A DNA stretch of 64,000 nt from Candidatus Latescibacterota bacterium (GCA_965215195.1 CBDCDC010000002.1:4128001-4192000); one strand, 5' to 3'; shown: positions 26,538-36,771, counted from the stretch's first letter. Notes: generated by a model from the sequence alone, not told the origin. A program made the numbers and translations.

Positions 26538-29029
26538 ACGAAGCGACCACTCGGCGTAAAATCGACCAGTTGCTCGAAAACGCTGGTTGGCGATTTTTCG
26601 ACGACGGCAATGGAGCGGCCAATATCCGCTTGGAGGCGCACGTCGCCCTCCAGCGCGACGATTTTCGCGGGTTCGTCGATTTCCTGCTCCTCGACGACCG
26701 GGGCTTTCCCTTGATCGTGTTGGAAGCCAAGTCCGAGGACAAAGACCCGCTAGTCGGCAAGGAGCAAGCCCGCCGCTACGCCCGCTCCCTGAACTGCCGA
26801 TTCGTCATCCTCTCCAACGGCAATCTGCACTACTTCTGGGACCTAGAGCGCGGCCATCCGCACCTCATCACCGCCTTTCCAACGCCGGACTCGGTAGAGG
26901 GATACAAACAGGTCGCGCCCAATCCACAGCGCCTGATCGATGAACGGGTCGGCGACAACTACATCGTCCTCACGCAGCGACCCAACTATGCGACCGAGGC
27001 CGGGTGGCGCAACGAGGCCGAGCGCCCCGGCTACATTCAGACGCACGGCCTGCGCTTTTTGCGCGACTATCAGGTACGAGCGATCCACCGTTTGCAGCGG
27101 GCAGTCCGAGACGGCCGCGACCGATTCCTGTTCGAGATGGCCACCGGCACTGGCAAGACGCTGGTGGCCGCCGCCGTTATCAAGCTGTTTCTCCGCACTG
27201 GCAACGCCCGCCGCGTCCTCTTCTTGGTAGATCGGCTGGAGTTGGAAGACCAAGCGGCGAACAAGTCCTTCGTCCCGTACTTGGCCAATGACTTCGACAT
27301 GGTCATCTACAAGGAGAAACGCGACGACTGGCGGCGGGCGCACATTGTGGTCACTACCGTTCAGTCGCTGCTGTTCAACAACAAGTACCAGTCGCTGTTT
27401 TCGCCGACGGACTTCGACTTGGTGATTTCGGACGAGGCGCACCGCTCCATCAGCGGCAATGCCCGCGCCGTATTCGATTACTTCGTCGGGTACAAGCTGG
27501 GGCTGACTGCCACGCCCCGCGACTACCTCAGAGGCACCCATGCGACCGGCCCGAATGTGCGCGATCCGCGCGCGGTGGAGCGCCGGTTGTTGCTCGACAC
27601 CTACCGCACCTTTGGCTGCGAGAGCGGTGAGCCGACGTTCCGCTACTCCCTGCTCGACGGGGTGCGCGATGGGCATTTGATCAATCCATGGGTCGTTGAC
27701 GCCCGAACCAAGGTGACCACCCAACTGCTCGCCGACGAGGGCTTTGTGGTGTCTTTCACCGATGGCGAAGGAGAGCAGCAGGAGGAGGCATTCAAAAAGC
27801 GCGATTTCGAGCGGGAGTTTTTCTCGGAAGCCACCAACGCGCTCTTCTGCCGCACCTTCTTGGAGAATGCGCTCCGCGATCCGATCAGCGGGGAGATTGG
27901 GAAATCCATCGCGTTCGCAGTGAGCCAAACCCACGCGGCCAAGCTAACGCAGCTATTCAACGAGATAGCCGACCGCATGTTTCCGGGCCGCTATCAGTCG
28001 GACTTTGCGGTGCAAGTTACGTCGCACGTTTCGGACGCCCAGCAATTCGCGGTCAACTTTGCCAACAACAACCTCTTGGGCTCCGGCAACTTCATGCGCG
28101 AGTACCGGACGAGCAAGGCGCGGGTATGCGTAACTGTCGGCATGATGACCACCGGCTACGACTGCACTGACATTCTCAACTTGGGCCTGTTCAGGCCGAT
28201 ATTCTCGCCGACGGACTTCGTCCAGATCAAAGGGCGCGGTACGCGGAAACACAACTTCCTCGACCAGATGATAGGGCACCGCGCCACCGGCGACGCCGAG
28301 CCGGAGAAGACGACCTTCAAGCTGTTCGACTTTTTTGGCAACTGCCAATACTTCGAAAACGAGTTCAACTACGACGAGGTGTTGGAACTGCCTCGACGGG
28401 GAGATAAAGGCGGCCAGGACGATCCTAGGCCGGTTGTATATGCCGGCACGTACGAGCACTTGGGAAGCGACTTCCTCTCGACGATCGAGCAACAGCAGAT
28501 CGGGTCCGAGGGGATGAGAATTGACCGGATGTTCTTCGACCGCTTTGCCGATGAGGTGCGCGAAAACGACTTTATTGCCCAAGCCATTGAGGCGGGCCAA
28601 TGGGATCGCGCCATTGACTATGTGAATCGGGAAGTCTTCGACAAGCCCGAGGAGTACTACACCCTTGCCAAGCTGCGCCAAGCCGCTGCGGTGGATCGCC
28701 GCTTGACCTTGCGCGAGATACTGGAGAAGGTTTTTGACCTCATCCCGCGTTTTAAGTCGAGGGACGAGCTGCTCGAAGAGGAGTTCGCCAAATTCGTCGC
28801 CGATCACAAGCCCGACGAGGCCGAGTCCATCGCGGCGATCAGGGCGTACTTTAAGGCGTACCTGACCAGTGGCCGGACCCGAGACATCATTGAGAATCGG
28901 CACTTCACCGAGTTGGCGACCAATCCGGCCTTTTCCTCCCGCGACTTTCGCGCGGTGCCGGAGCCATATCGCAGGCTCGTTCCCGAGTACGTCAAGGATT
29001 ACGTGTCCCTGAACCAGTTCGCCGCTTAG
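26534..29029 (+). CDS. hsdR: Type I restriction endonuclease R subunit (EcoAI/EcoEI-like)
   Basis: VDFLL...LEAK nuclease, MATGTGKT, DEAHRS, GLTATP, TTGYD, QIKGRGTR; ATGA overlap with murB. Confidence 0.88.
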   Translation: MNEATTRRKIDQLLENAGWRFFDDGNGAANIRLEAHVALQRDDFRGFVDFLLLDDRGFPLIVLEAKSEDKDPLVGKEQARRYARSLNCRFVILSNGNLHYFWDLERGHPHLITAFPTPDSVEGYKQVAPNPQRLIDERVGDNYIVLTQRPNYATEAGWRNEAERPGYIQTHGLRFLRDYQVRAIHRLQRAVRDGRDRFLFEMATGTGKTLVAAAVIKLFLRTGNARRVLFLVDRLELEDQAANKSFVPYLANDFDMVIYKEKRDDWRRAHIVVTTVQSLLFNNKYQSLFSPTDFDLVISDEAHRSISGNARAVFDYFVGYKLGLTATPRDYLRGTHATGPNVRDPRAVERRLLLDTYRTFGCESGEPTFRYSLLDGVRDGHLINPWVVDARTKVTTQLLADEGFVVSFTDGEGEQQEEAFKKRDFEREFFSEATNALFCRTFLENALRDPISGEIGKSIAFAVSQTHAAKLTQLFNEIADRMFPGRYQSDFAVQVTSHVSDAQQFAVNFANNNLLGSGNFMREYRTSKARVCVTVGMMTTGYDCTDILNLGLFRPIFSPTDFVQIKGRGTRKHNFLDQMIGHRATGDAEPEKTTFKLFDFFGNCQYFENEFNYDEVLELPRRGDKGGQDDPRPVVYAGTYEHLGSDFLSTIEQQQIGSEGMRIDRMFFDRFADEVRENDFIAQAIEAGQWDRAIDYVNREVFDKPEEYYTLAKLRQAAAVDRRLTLREILEKVFDLIPRFKSRDELLEEEFAKFVADHKPDEAESIAAIRAYFKAYLTSGRTRDIIENRHFTELATNPAFSSRDFRAVPEPYRRLVPEYVKDYVSLNQFAA

Positions 29030-29094
29030 GAAAATCCTTGGCTGGCAATCAACCCGGCCTTCTCATCCTCGATTAACGTATTTATCCGAAAAAA

Positions 29095-29164
29095 CCGTGA
29101 ATGGAACCCATTTTTAGCGGTTCATTCACGGATATTTGACAATATAGAGTGAATACGATACCAT
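29095..29164 (+). promoter_or_regulatory. Promoter/operator of fic
   Basis: TTGACA (29136) -N17- TACCAT (29159); inverted repeat CCGTGAATG...CATTCACGG; ATG 6 nt after the -10 box with no RBS. Confidence 0.65.
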
Positions 29165-29170
29165 AACGAC

Positions 29171-30061
29171 ATGGCGACTACCCAGCCGATAAGAAACCGC
29201 ATCCAAGTCCTGAAACGGGCGTACGATACCCTGCGCCAAGGCAAGGAATCGCTGCTGTCGATGATCGACGAAGTGGAGATAGCCGAGAGCGTGTACAACT
29301 CGAACGCGATTGAGAATTCAACCCTTACTCTTGAGGAGACAGAGCGAATCCTGTTGGATCAGATGTTGTCCCGAAATGTGTCTGTGCGGGAAGTATTTGA
29401 GGCGAAAAATCTAGCCCGCGTCACGGAATACAAACGCGCCAAAGCTAAAGGTAGCGAGCTGAACAAAGACCTGATGCTGCTCTTGCATCAGATGCTCATC
29501 GGCGGCATTAATGATGCCATTGCCGGCCGCTTTCGCCAGCAGGGGGAATACGTGCGGGTGGGCACTCATATCGCGCCGGCACCCGAGCATGTCGAGCGCA
29601 TGATAGATGACATTCTCGTCGAGTATTCCAGCGATCTCGGCACCTATTTTCTCGATAAAATTGCCCGATTTCACTTGGATTTTGAGACCACTCATCCCTT
29701 TTGCGACGGCAATGGCCGCTTGGGGCGAGTTCTCATCAATTTTCAACTCCTCCAGCTCGGACTGCCGCGCCTCATTATCCGCAACTCGGAAAAGGAGCGG
29801 TACTATCAGGCGTTCAGGGACTATGGGGACCGCCAAACGACTAGGACGATGGAAGATATTCTGGCGTTGGGGCTCGTGGAGTCGCTGCACAAGAGGTTGA
29901 GCTATTTACAGGGGGAGGCCATTATCCGGCTATCGGATTATATCAAGCAATATGGGCTCTCAGCCCCTGCGGTCACTAACGCCGCCCGTCGCCAGACCAT
30001 TCCCGCTTTTCGCGAGAAAGGGGTGTGGAAGATCGGGGCGGAATCCGTTTATCGGACCTAA
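29171..30061 (+). CDS. Fic-domain protein with a C-terminal HTH-like tail
   Basis: SNAIENST inhibitory-type motif and HPFCDGNGRLGR Fic motif. Confidence 0.92.
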   Translation: MATTQPIRNRIQVLKRAYDTLRQGKESLLSMIDEVEIAESVYNSNAIENSTLTLEETERILLDQMLSRNVSVREVFEAKNLARVTEYKRAKAKGSELNKDLMLLLHQMLIGGINDAIAGRFRQQGEYVRVGTHIAPAPEHVERMIDDILVEYSSDLGTYFLDKIARFHLDFETTHPFCDGNGRLGRVLINFQLLQLGLPRLIIRNSEKERYYQAFRDYGDRQTTRTMEDILALGLVESLHKRLSYLQGEAIIRLSDYIKQYGLSAPAVTNAARRQTIPAFREKGVWKIGAESVYRT

Positions 30062-30062
30062 A

Positions 30063-30499
30063 ATGCTCGACACTGCTACCAAACGCCGCATTGACACGGC
30101 CCGCGACATTCTCGTCGGCAAGGTGCCCGACCCGAAAAGCCAAGTGGAGCAGATTACGATCGCGCTCATCTACAAGTTTATGGACGACATCGACGCTGAG
30201 AGCGAGGAGTTGGGCGGGCAGCGCACGTTTTTTGCCGGCGACTTTGCCCGCTATGGTTGGCCCCAACTGGTGCGCACCGGCTTGGGCGGCCACGAGACCT
30301 TGAACCTATACGCTGAAGCGATCACCCGGATGCCGGAAAATCCGGGCATTCCGCCGCTGTTCCGCGACATCTTCAACAACGCCTATTTGCCCTACCGCGA
30401 CCCGGAGACTTTGCGTGCCTTTCTCAACCGGAGCCGTACCGCAGGCTCGTGCCCGAGTACGTCAAGGATTACGTGTCCCTGAACCAGTTCGCCGCTTAG
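30063..30499 (+). pseudogene. hsdM 5' fragment (30063-30427) fused to an hsdR 3'-end copy (30428-30499)
   Basis: Near-identical to 32578-32942 and 28958-29029 respectively, with synonymous differences. Confidence 0.9.
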
Positions 30500-30654
30500 G
30501 ACGCTTCGAGCCGTGGAGGTTGACGAGTCTCAAGGGATAGGATACGTTGGACCTGTAGGTTTCTTGGGTGAAGATCATACCCAATCTACTGAGTGATAGG
30601 AGCTTTCTATCAGAAGATTCAGCTATTGGACTTTTTTGATATGGGAGTGAAGCT

Positions 30655-31464
30655 TTGAGCACGGAGTTCCCACATAGACAACCTACCTGCGATGATCCGC
30701 ACAGGACGGTACTAAAAAGAAGCTACCGGAAACCTCCAGTTATTGAAGCACTTTGCGAGATATACTTCGCCGATTCGACATGGGACGACACTGTTCTTGG
30801 AGCCTTCTACGAAAGAGTCAAGAATGAATTCCCCATAAAACGGCAACGGGAAATCCAAGAAGCGCAGATCACCTTAGGCAGCGGTACGGCTTCAGCCGGT
30901 GTGCAGAGGCTACCACCGTGGATGCAATTCGTCTCCAAGCAAGGCGACCTCATGATACAAGTTGCAGAGAACCTGCTCGTGGTCAACAAATTGCGCCCTT
31001 ATGCTCATTTTGCAGAGTGGGAGTCGGTGGTTTACCGCTCCTTGGCAGTATATAGGGAACTCGCACTGCCCCAAAGGGTTGCTCGGGTTGGGCTGCGTTA
31101 CATCAATCAGATAGAGATTCCAGGGATGCGGATTGCGATGGAGGACTACTTTACGATTTATCCACAGCTCCCAAGGTCCCTAGGAAACACTCATGGTCCT
31201 TTTTTGGTTCGAGTGGAAATCCCCCGAGCTGAACAAGGGCATGTGGTGCTGGTAACGTTCGGCACGGATTCCCTCTCTGAGCCGGAAGGAGAGAGGCAAG
31301 TCTTCATGCTGGATCTATACGATATTGCTACACTCGATGTTCCTCCGGCCGATATTGAGTTGAAAAAACAGATTCAACAGGCTCACGATAGTGTGGTGAT
31401 GGCTTTTGAGGACAGTATTACAGATCGACTTCGCACTTTGCTCGAAATGGAGGGTCAACTATGA
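30655..31464 (+). CDS. TIGR04255-family protein
   Basis: YRKPPVIEALCEIYF, RVGLRYINQI and LDLY motifs; start codon uncertain. Confidence 0.75.
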   Translation: MSTEFPHRQPTCDDPHRTVLKRSYRKPPVIEALCEIYFADSTWDDTVLGAFYERVKNEFPIKRQREIQEAQITLGSGTASAGVQRLPPWMQFVSKQGDLMIQVAENLLVVNKLRPYAHFAEWESVVYRSLAVYRELALPQRVARVGLRYINQIEIPGMRIAMEDYFTIYPQLPRSLGNTHGPFLVRVEIPRAEQGHVVLVTFGTDSLSEPEGERQVFMLDLYDIATLDVPPADIELKKQIQQAHDSVVMAFEDSITDRLRTLLEMEGQL

Positions 31465-31913
31465 CCAGCATGGTGTCGTTACAAGATCAATGTCCTTACG
31501 ACATGTACGTGTCCACGGAGGCGAAGCAATTGAGCCAACCGATCCGGGATCTTCTGATCATTGGATGGGATAGAGGGCTTCCTACTTCGATAACAGAAAC
31601 GGAGTCAATTCCTCAGCTAGGTGGCATACCAGAACAATTCCACCGTCTCGCAGAAATTGTACGTGAGGAATGCGCTCATCTTTCTTCAGTACGAGAGATC
31701 GTTCTACATCCTGCGTACCAGCAGATCATAGGCATGGGGCCGCGAGTGCTGCCGTTTATTCTTAGAGAACTCGAGCACAGGCCGGCCCACTGGTTTTGGG
31801 CACTAAGATCGATTGCACAGGAAGATCCCGTGTTTCCCGTTCATCGGGGCGTTGTCACAGAGATGACCGAGGATTGGCTGAAGTGGGCGCGCAGGAAAGG
31901 GTTGCGCTGGTGA
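31461..31913 (+). CDS. Conserved hypothetical helical protein
   Basis: HLSS...HPAYQQIIGMG..VLPFILREL...HWFWAL..I..EDPV...WLKWA; ATGA and GTGA overlaps on both sides. Confidence 0.7.
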   Translation: MTSMVSLQDQCPYDMYVSTEAKQLSQPIRDLLIIGWDRGLPTSITETESIPQLGGIPEQFHRLAEIVREECAHLSSVREIVLHPAYQQIIGMGPRVLPFILRELEHRPAHWFWALRSIAQEDPVFPVHRGVVTEMTEDWLKWARRKGLRW

Positions 31914-32374
31914 ATCTGGAACGCTTGTTCCCAAGGCTCCGCAGTGCCACATATAAGATCACTAGCCCAGCACAGGTCGATTACAACTGTATCGCTTGGG
32001 CCGCAGGAGATAATTCCCGTTGGTGGGAACCGGATTCTTTTGATCAGTACTATTGGCCCGAAGGTGTGCCTAGAGAGTATACAGTGGAAGCCTACGTCGA
32101 AGCCTTCCAAAAGCTCGGGTTTGAAGTGTGCCAAGATGCTACCTTTGAGGTAGGAGTGGAAAAAGTGGCCATTTTCGCTGGCTTAGATGGCAATCCCACA
32201 CACGCTGCGCGGCAGCTTGCGGATGGAACATGGACGAGCAAACTCGGACAACTTGAAGACATTGAACACCGCGCTCTCGACCAAGTGGGTGAGGGAGACT
32301 ATGGTAAGCCGGTTTTGTTCTTGAAGCGACCTAGGACTGAACCGAGTTCTTGGTCAAAAGAGGCGGACTTTTGA
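31910..32374 (+). CDS. DUF7689-like protein, candidate Cys-His (papain-like) enzyme
   Basis: YNCIAWAAG, THAARQ, WTSKLG..EDIEH; GTG start at 31910. Confidence 0.65.
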   Translation: MNLERLFPRLRSATYKITSPAQVDYNCIAWAAGDNSRWWEPDSFDQYYWPEGVPREYTVEAYVEAFQKLGFEVCQDATFEVGVEKVAIFAGLDGNPTHAARQLADGTWTSKLGQLEDIEHRALDQVGEGDYGKPVLFLKRPRTEPSSWSKEADF

Positions 32375-32413
32375 ATTTCTAACCAAATACCGTCAAGTCT
32401 CACCATGACATGA

Positions 32414-32528
32414 GGCTGACAATCAACCCGGCTTTCTCATCCGCGATTAACGCATTTATCCCCAAAAACAGTGAATAGCACCCATTTTTCTCAGTTCATT
32501 CACGGATATTTGGCAATATAGAGTGAAT
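32414..32528 (+). repeat. Diverged second copy of the fic promoter region (29040-29155) with fic missing
   Basis: Collinear matches AATCAACCCGGC..GATTAACG..TTCATTCACGGATATTTG.CAATATAGAGTGAAT. Confidence 0.8.
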
Positions 32529-32577
32529 GGATTAATCAGATTACCCAAAATCCCGTAACTCACAATCCAGACCTAAA

Positions 32578-35055
32578 ATGCTAGATACCGCTACCAAACG
32601 CCGCATTGACACGGCCCGCGACATTCTCGTCGGCAAGGTGCCCGACCCGAAAAGCCAAGTGGAGCAGATTACGATCGCGCTCATCTACAAGTTTATGGAC
32701 GACATCGACGCTGAGAGCGAGGAGTTGGGCGGGCAGCGCACGTTTTTTGCCGGCGACTTTGCCCGCTATGGTTGGCCCCAACTGGTGCGCACCGGCTTGG
32801 GCGGCCACGAGACCTTGAACCTATACGCTGAAGCGATCACCCGGATGCCGGAAAATCCGGGCATTCCGCCGCTGTTCCGCGACATCTTCAACAACGCCTA
32901 TTTGCCCTACCGCGACCCGGAGACTTTGCGTGCCTTTCTCAAGGTCATTGACGAGTTCGCCTACGATCACAGTGAGCGGCTGGGCGATGCTTTTGAATAT
33001 CTGCTCTCGGTCCTCGGCTCGCAGGGGGACGCCGGGCAGTTCCGCACGCCGCGCCATATCATTGACTTCATTGTCGCGGTCATTGACCCGAAGAAAGACG
33101 AGACCATCCTCGACCCGGCCTGTGGTACGGCCGGGTTTCTGATTTCGTCGTACAAGCACATTCTCAGGACTAATGCCGACGACGAGGGCAACAGTGCGCT
33201 CACGCCCGACGAAAAGGGGACCCTTGCGGCCAATTTCAAAGGCTATGACATCTCGCCCGATATGGTGCGGCTGTCGCTGGTGAATTTGTATCTGCACGGC
33301 TTTGTCGAGCCGCACATTGCCGAATACGATACCCTGACCAGCGAGGAACGCTGGAACGAGTATGCCGACGTGATTTTGGCCAATCCGCCGTTTATGTCGC
33401 CCAAGGGTGGCATCCGTCCGCATCGCCGTTTTTCGGTGCAATCCAAACGCAGTGAAGTGTTGTTTGTCGATTACATGGCCGAGCATCTGACGCCTACCGG
33501 GCGCGCCGGTATCATTGTGCCGGAGGGCATTATCTTTCAGAGCCAGAGTGCCCATAAGCAGTTGCGGAAGATGCTGGTGGAAAATTACCTGGTGGCCGTC
33601 ATCTCGCTGCCGGCGGGCGTGTTTCAGCCTTATTCAGGTGTTAAGACGTCCGTGCTGATACTGGACAAGTCGCTGGCGAAAAAGACGGATCGCATTGCCT
33701 TTTTTAAGGTGGAAAACGATGGGTTTGATTTGGGGGCGCAGCGGCGGGAGATTGCGGAGAATGACTTGCCGCAGGTGCAGGATGAAATTGCCGAATATCT
33801 GCGGCGGCGGGTGGGGGAAGCGGTGTCGAGCGAGCTTGGACTAGTTGTTGGGAAAGAGCGAATTGCTGAGGATGGTGACTACAACCTGAGTGGGGAGCGG
33901 TATCGGGAGAACGAGACAACCGAGACGAAACACGAATGGGTAGAGCTTGGCGGGATACTTTTGGGAAAGCCGCAATATGGTTCTGGAGCTCGTAAAATTT
34001 CTTACGATGGCGAAGTCCGATATGTACGAATCACCGATCTAACAGACTCCGGCGAACTCAAAACCGAAGATCCTGTTTCGCCCTCAAAAATAGAACCAAA
34101 GTACTTTCTCGAATCCGGAGATCTTCTCATTGCTCGCTCCGGCTCCGTGGGACGCACCTACATTCACAAAACGCTACCAGGCACCTATCAATATGCTGGA
34201 TATTTGATTCGTTTCCGTGTCAATCCTGCCAAAGCGATTCCTGAGTATATATATCACGTTACCAAATCGGATTCTTGGCGTGAATGGATACTCAACAACT
34301 CAAAGACTGGCACACTTACAAACATCAATGCCAAGCAATACTCATCATTCCAGTTTCCCCTCCCGCCCTTGGAAGTGCAGCGGGAAATCGTCGCGGAGAT
34401 TGAGGGGTATCAGAAGGTGGTAGACGGGGCGCGTGCCGTCATCGACAACTACCGGCCGCAGATTGTGGTTGATCCTGAGTGGCCGATGGTGGCGTTGGGG
34501 GAAGCCTGCGAGATCAATCCAGAGACAGTCTGTCCGGTTTCGGCCTATCCAAACAAAACGGTCTTTTACATCGATATATCGTCAGTAGAGAACGAAACAG
34601 GTCGTTTCTTGGGATACAGAGAAATCGCATCATCTCAAGCCCCAAGTCGCGCACGGCGCGGCATTTCAAGCGGCGATGTACTGCTTTCAACTGTGCGTCC
34701 AAATTTGAAAGCATTTACCCTTCTTGAAAATGTGTGTCCCCGTGCCATCGCTTCCACGGGCTTTGCCGTGCTTCGATCGCGCTGTAGCCTAGCAGATCCT
34801 GCTTTCCTTTTGGCGTCCGTATGCTCAGATCATGCTGTTGACCAAATGGTCAGTATGATGGGTAAAGGGGCATACCCAAGTATCAATCAGTCAGATGTTG
34901 CATCCATAAAGATCCCCCTGCCATCCCTCGAAACCCAGCAAGCCATCATCTCCGAAATCGAAGCCGAGCAGGCCCTCGTCGCCGCCAACCGGGAGTTAGT
35001 GGATCGGATGGAGGGAAAGATTCGGGCGGCGATTGGGCGGGTGTGGGACGACTGA
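32578..35055 (+). CDS. hsdM: Type I methyltransferase fused to the specificity subunit (HsdM-HsdS, two TRDs)
   Basis: GQFRTPRHI, DPACGTAGF, ANPPF, then two S-type repeats ending PLPPLEVQREIV and PLPSLETQQAII. Confidence 0.9.
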   Translation: MLDTATKRRIDTARDILVGKVPDPKSQVEQITIALIYKFMDDIDAESEELGGQRTFFAGDFARYGWPQLVRTGLGGHETLNLYAEAITRMPENPGIPPLFRDIFNNAYLPYRDPETLRAFLKVIDEFAYDHSERLGDAFEYLLSVLGSQGDAGQFRTPRHIIDFIVAVIDPKKDETILDPACGTAGFLISSYKHILRTNADDEGNSALTPDEKGTLAANFKGYDISPDMVRLSLVNLYLHGFVEPHIAEYDTLTSEERWNEYADVILANPPFMSPKGGIRPHRRFSVQSKRSEVLFVDYMAEHLTPTGRAGIIVPEGIIFQSQSAHKQLRKMLVENYLVAVISLPAGVFQPYSGVKTSVLILDKSLAKKTDRIAFFKVENDGFDLGAQRREIAENDLPQVQDEIAEYLRRRVGEAVSSELGLVVGKERIAEDGDYNLSGERYRENETTETKHEWVELGGILLGKPQYGSGARKISYDGEVRYVRITDLTDSGELKTEDPVSPSKIEPKYFLESGDLLIARSGSVGRTYIHKTLPGTYQYAGYLIRFRVNPAKAIPEYIYHVTKSDSWREWILNNSKTGTLTNINAKQYSSFQFPLPPLEVQREIVAEIEGYQKVVDGARAVIDNYRPQIVVDPEWPMVALGEACEINPETVCPVSAYPNKTVFYIDISSVENETGRFLGYREIASSQAPSRARRGISSGDVLLSTVRPNLKAFTLLENVCPRAIASTGFAVLRSRCSLADPAFLLASVCSDHAVDQMVSMMGKGAYPSINQSDVASIKIPLPSLETQQAIISEIEAEQALVAANRELVDRMEGKIRAAIGRVWDD

Positions 35056-35074
35056 TTGACTAGGATAAAATCAG

Positions 35075-36718
35075 ATGAATTGGAATATCTCTCGAATTTC
35101 AGACCAGCCGCTACAGATCACCCTCGAAGCCGGTGATCGACTCTTCATCGTTGGTGCCAACGGCTCAGGAAAATCAGCATTGATTCAACACTTTGTTTCG
35201 TCGAATCCGGGTAATCAAATCAGGCGCATTTCAGCGCATCGACAGACATGGTTCGAGTCTGGGAGCATTAACCTTACCCCCCAGAGTCGCAAACGGTTTG
35301 ATCAGAATAGCACAGAGCAAGAAGTGCAAGACAAATCTCGTTGGCGAGACGACTACGCAAAACAAAGGCAATCGGCCGTTCTTTTTGATTTAGTTGCCAA
35401 GGCAAATGCTCGTGCTCGTCTCATCACTCACCATGTTGATACTGGAAACACGGAGGAAGCAGAAAAAACTTCTGCCGAATCGCCATCTCCATTTGATCAA
35501 CTCAACGAACTACTCCGAATCGGGACACTGGTAGTTACGCTAGAAAACTCCAACGACGAAGAGATACTAGCGCAACATCGAGACGGCAGTGCGCCGTTCA
35601 GTATCGCTCAGATGTCAGATGGGGAGCGAAACGCCGCAATCATCGCAGCCACCGTGCTAACCGTCGAACCGGGAACCGTGTTGCTGATTGACGAGCCGGA
35701 ACGGCATCTTCATCGATCCATCATCGATCCATTTCTGTCGGCGCTGTTCGGGCGTCGCACGGATTGTACGTTTATCGTTTCAACGCATGAGACCGCCCTG
35801 CCGGTCACCAACTCGAGAGTGTGCGTCCTAATGGTTCGATCATGCAAATGGAATGGCGACAAAGCTACAGCTTGGGATATCGAACTCCTTGAACCGAACG
35901 TAGGCCTCCCAGAGGATCTTAAACGGGCGATCTTGGGTTCCCGGAAAAGAATCCTCTTTGTTGAAGGCGGCTCCAACAGTTTGGACTTACCGTTTTACAA
36001 CTCGCTATTTCCGGATATATCGGTGATACCAAAGGGAAGTTGCAGGGATGTCCAGAGAGCGGTGAGGGGCTTGCGAGAATCTCAAGAGTGTCATCACGTT
36101 GAGGCGTTTGGGCTGATTGACCGGGACGACCGAGACGAAGATGCAGTCAAACAGCTTGCCGAAGGTGGAGTGTTTGCCTTGGACATGTACTCGGTCGAAT
36201 CGCTTTACTATTGCTCAGACGCCATTGCCGCTGTTGCCCATCGGCAAGCTGAGTCCTTGGGGCGCAATGCAGACGAGATGATCGAATCGGCGAAACAGAA
36301 AGCACTTGACACTCTCCATCAGAACGGTCTTGCCGAAAGGATGGCGGCGCGACGGTGCGTACGTCGAGTACGTGATGCGATATTACAACAAACCCCGGAC
36401 TGGGAACGTATTAAAGCCGAACCAAAATTCGATATATCTGTTAATTCTCCCTATCAAGATGAGTTGGGTCGCTTCAATGAACTCGTAAATGAAAAAAGAC
36501 TGGACGATCTTGTTGCTCGTTATCCACTCCGCGAGAGCCATGCTTTTGACGCTATTGCTGAAGCACTCGAACTCAAAAATAGAAAGACGTACGAGCAAAC
36601 GTTGGTCCCCCGAATTTGGGATGACGAGGATTTGGCCCAGAGTCTCAAACAACGAATCGGATCAATCGCTGAAATGCTCATCGCTGAATTTACGGAGCTG
36701 GTGGATGCAAGGTCATAA
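35075..36718 (+). CDS. ABC/AAA_21 ATPase fused to a TOPRIM-like (DUF4435-like) domain; OLD/PARIS-like defence protein
   Basis: GANGSGKS, MSDGER, LIDEPERHLH, STH; then FVEG...D and LIDRD. Confidence 0.8.
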   Translation: MNWNISRISDQPLQITLEAGDRLFIVGANGSGKSALIQHFVSSNPGNQIRRISAHRQTWFESGSINLTPQSRKRFDQNSTEQEVQDKSRWRDDYAKQRQSAVLFDLVAKANARARLITHHVDTGNTEEAEKTSAESPSPFDQLNELLRIGTLVVTLENSNDEEILAQHRDGSAPFSIAQMSDGERNAAIIAATVLTVEPGTVLLIDEPERHLHRSIIDPFLSALFGRRTDCTFIVSTHETALPVTNSRVCVLMVRSCKWNGDKATAWDIELLEPNVGLPEDLKRAILGSRKRILFVEGGSNSLDLPFYNSLFPDISVIPKGSCRDVQRAVRGLRESQECHHVEAFGLIDRDDRDEDAVKQLAEGGVFALDMYSVESLYYCSDAIAAVAHRQAESLGRNADEMIESAKQKALDTLHQNGLAERMAARRCVRRVRDAILQQTPDWERIKAEPKFDISVNSPYQDELGRFNELVNEKRLDDLVARYPLRESHAFDAIAEALELKNRKTYEQTLVPRIWDDEDLAQSLKQRIGSIAEMLIAEFTELVDARS

Positions 36719-36771
36719 ATACAGAGAGCGAAGGCGAGCAGATCTTTCTCGCTGCCAGCCGGGAGTTGGTG

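Noticed and set aside
30063-30499. Template/variable repeats of a diversity-generating retroelement
   Set aside because: Differences are synonymous and not adenine-specific, and no reverse transcriptase is in the window.
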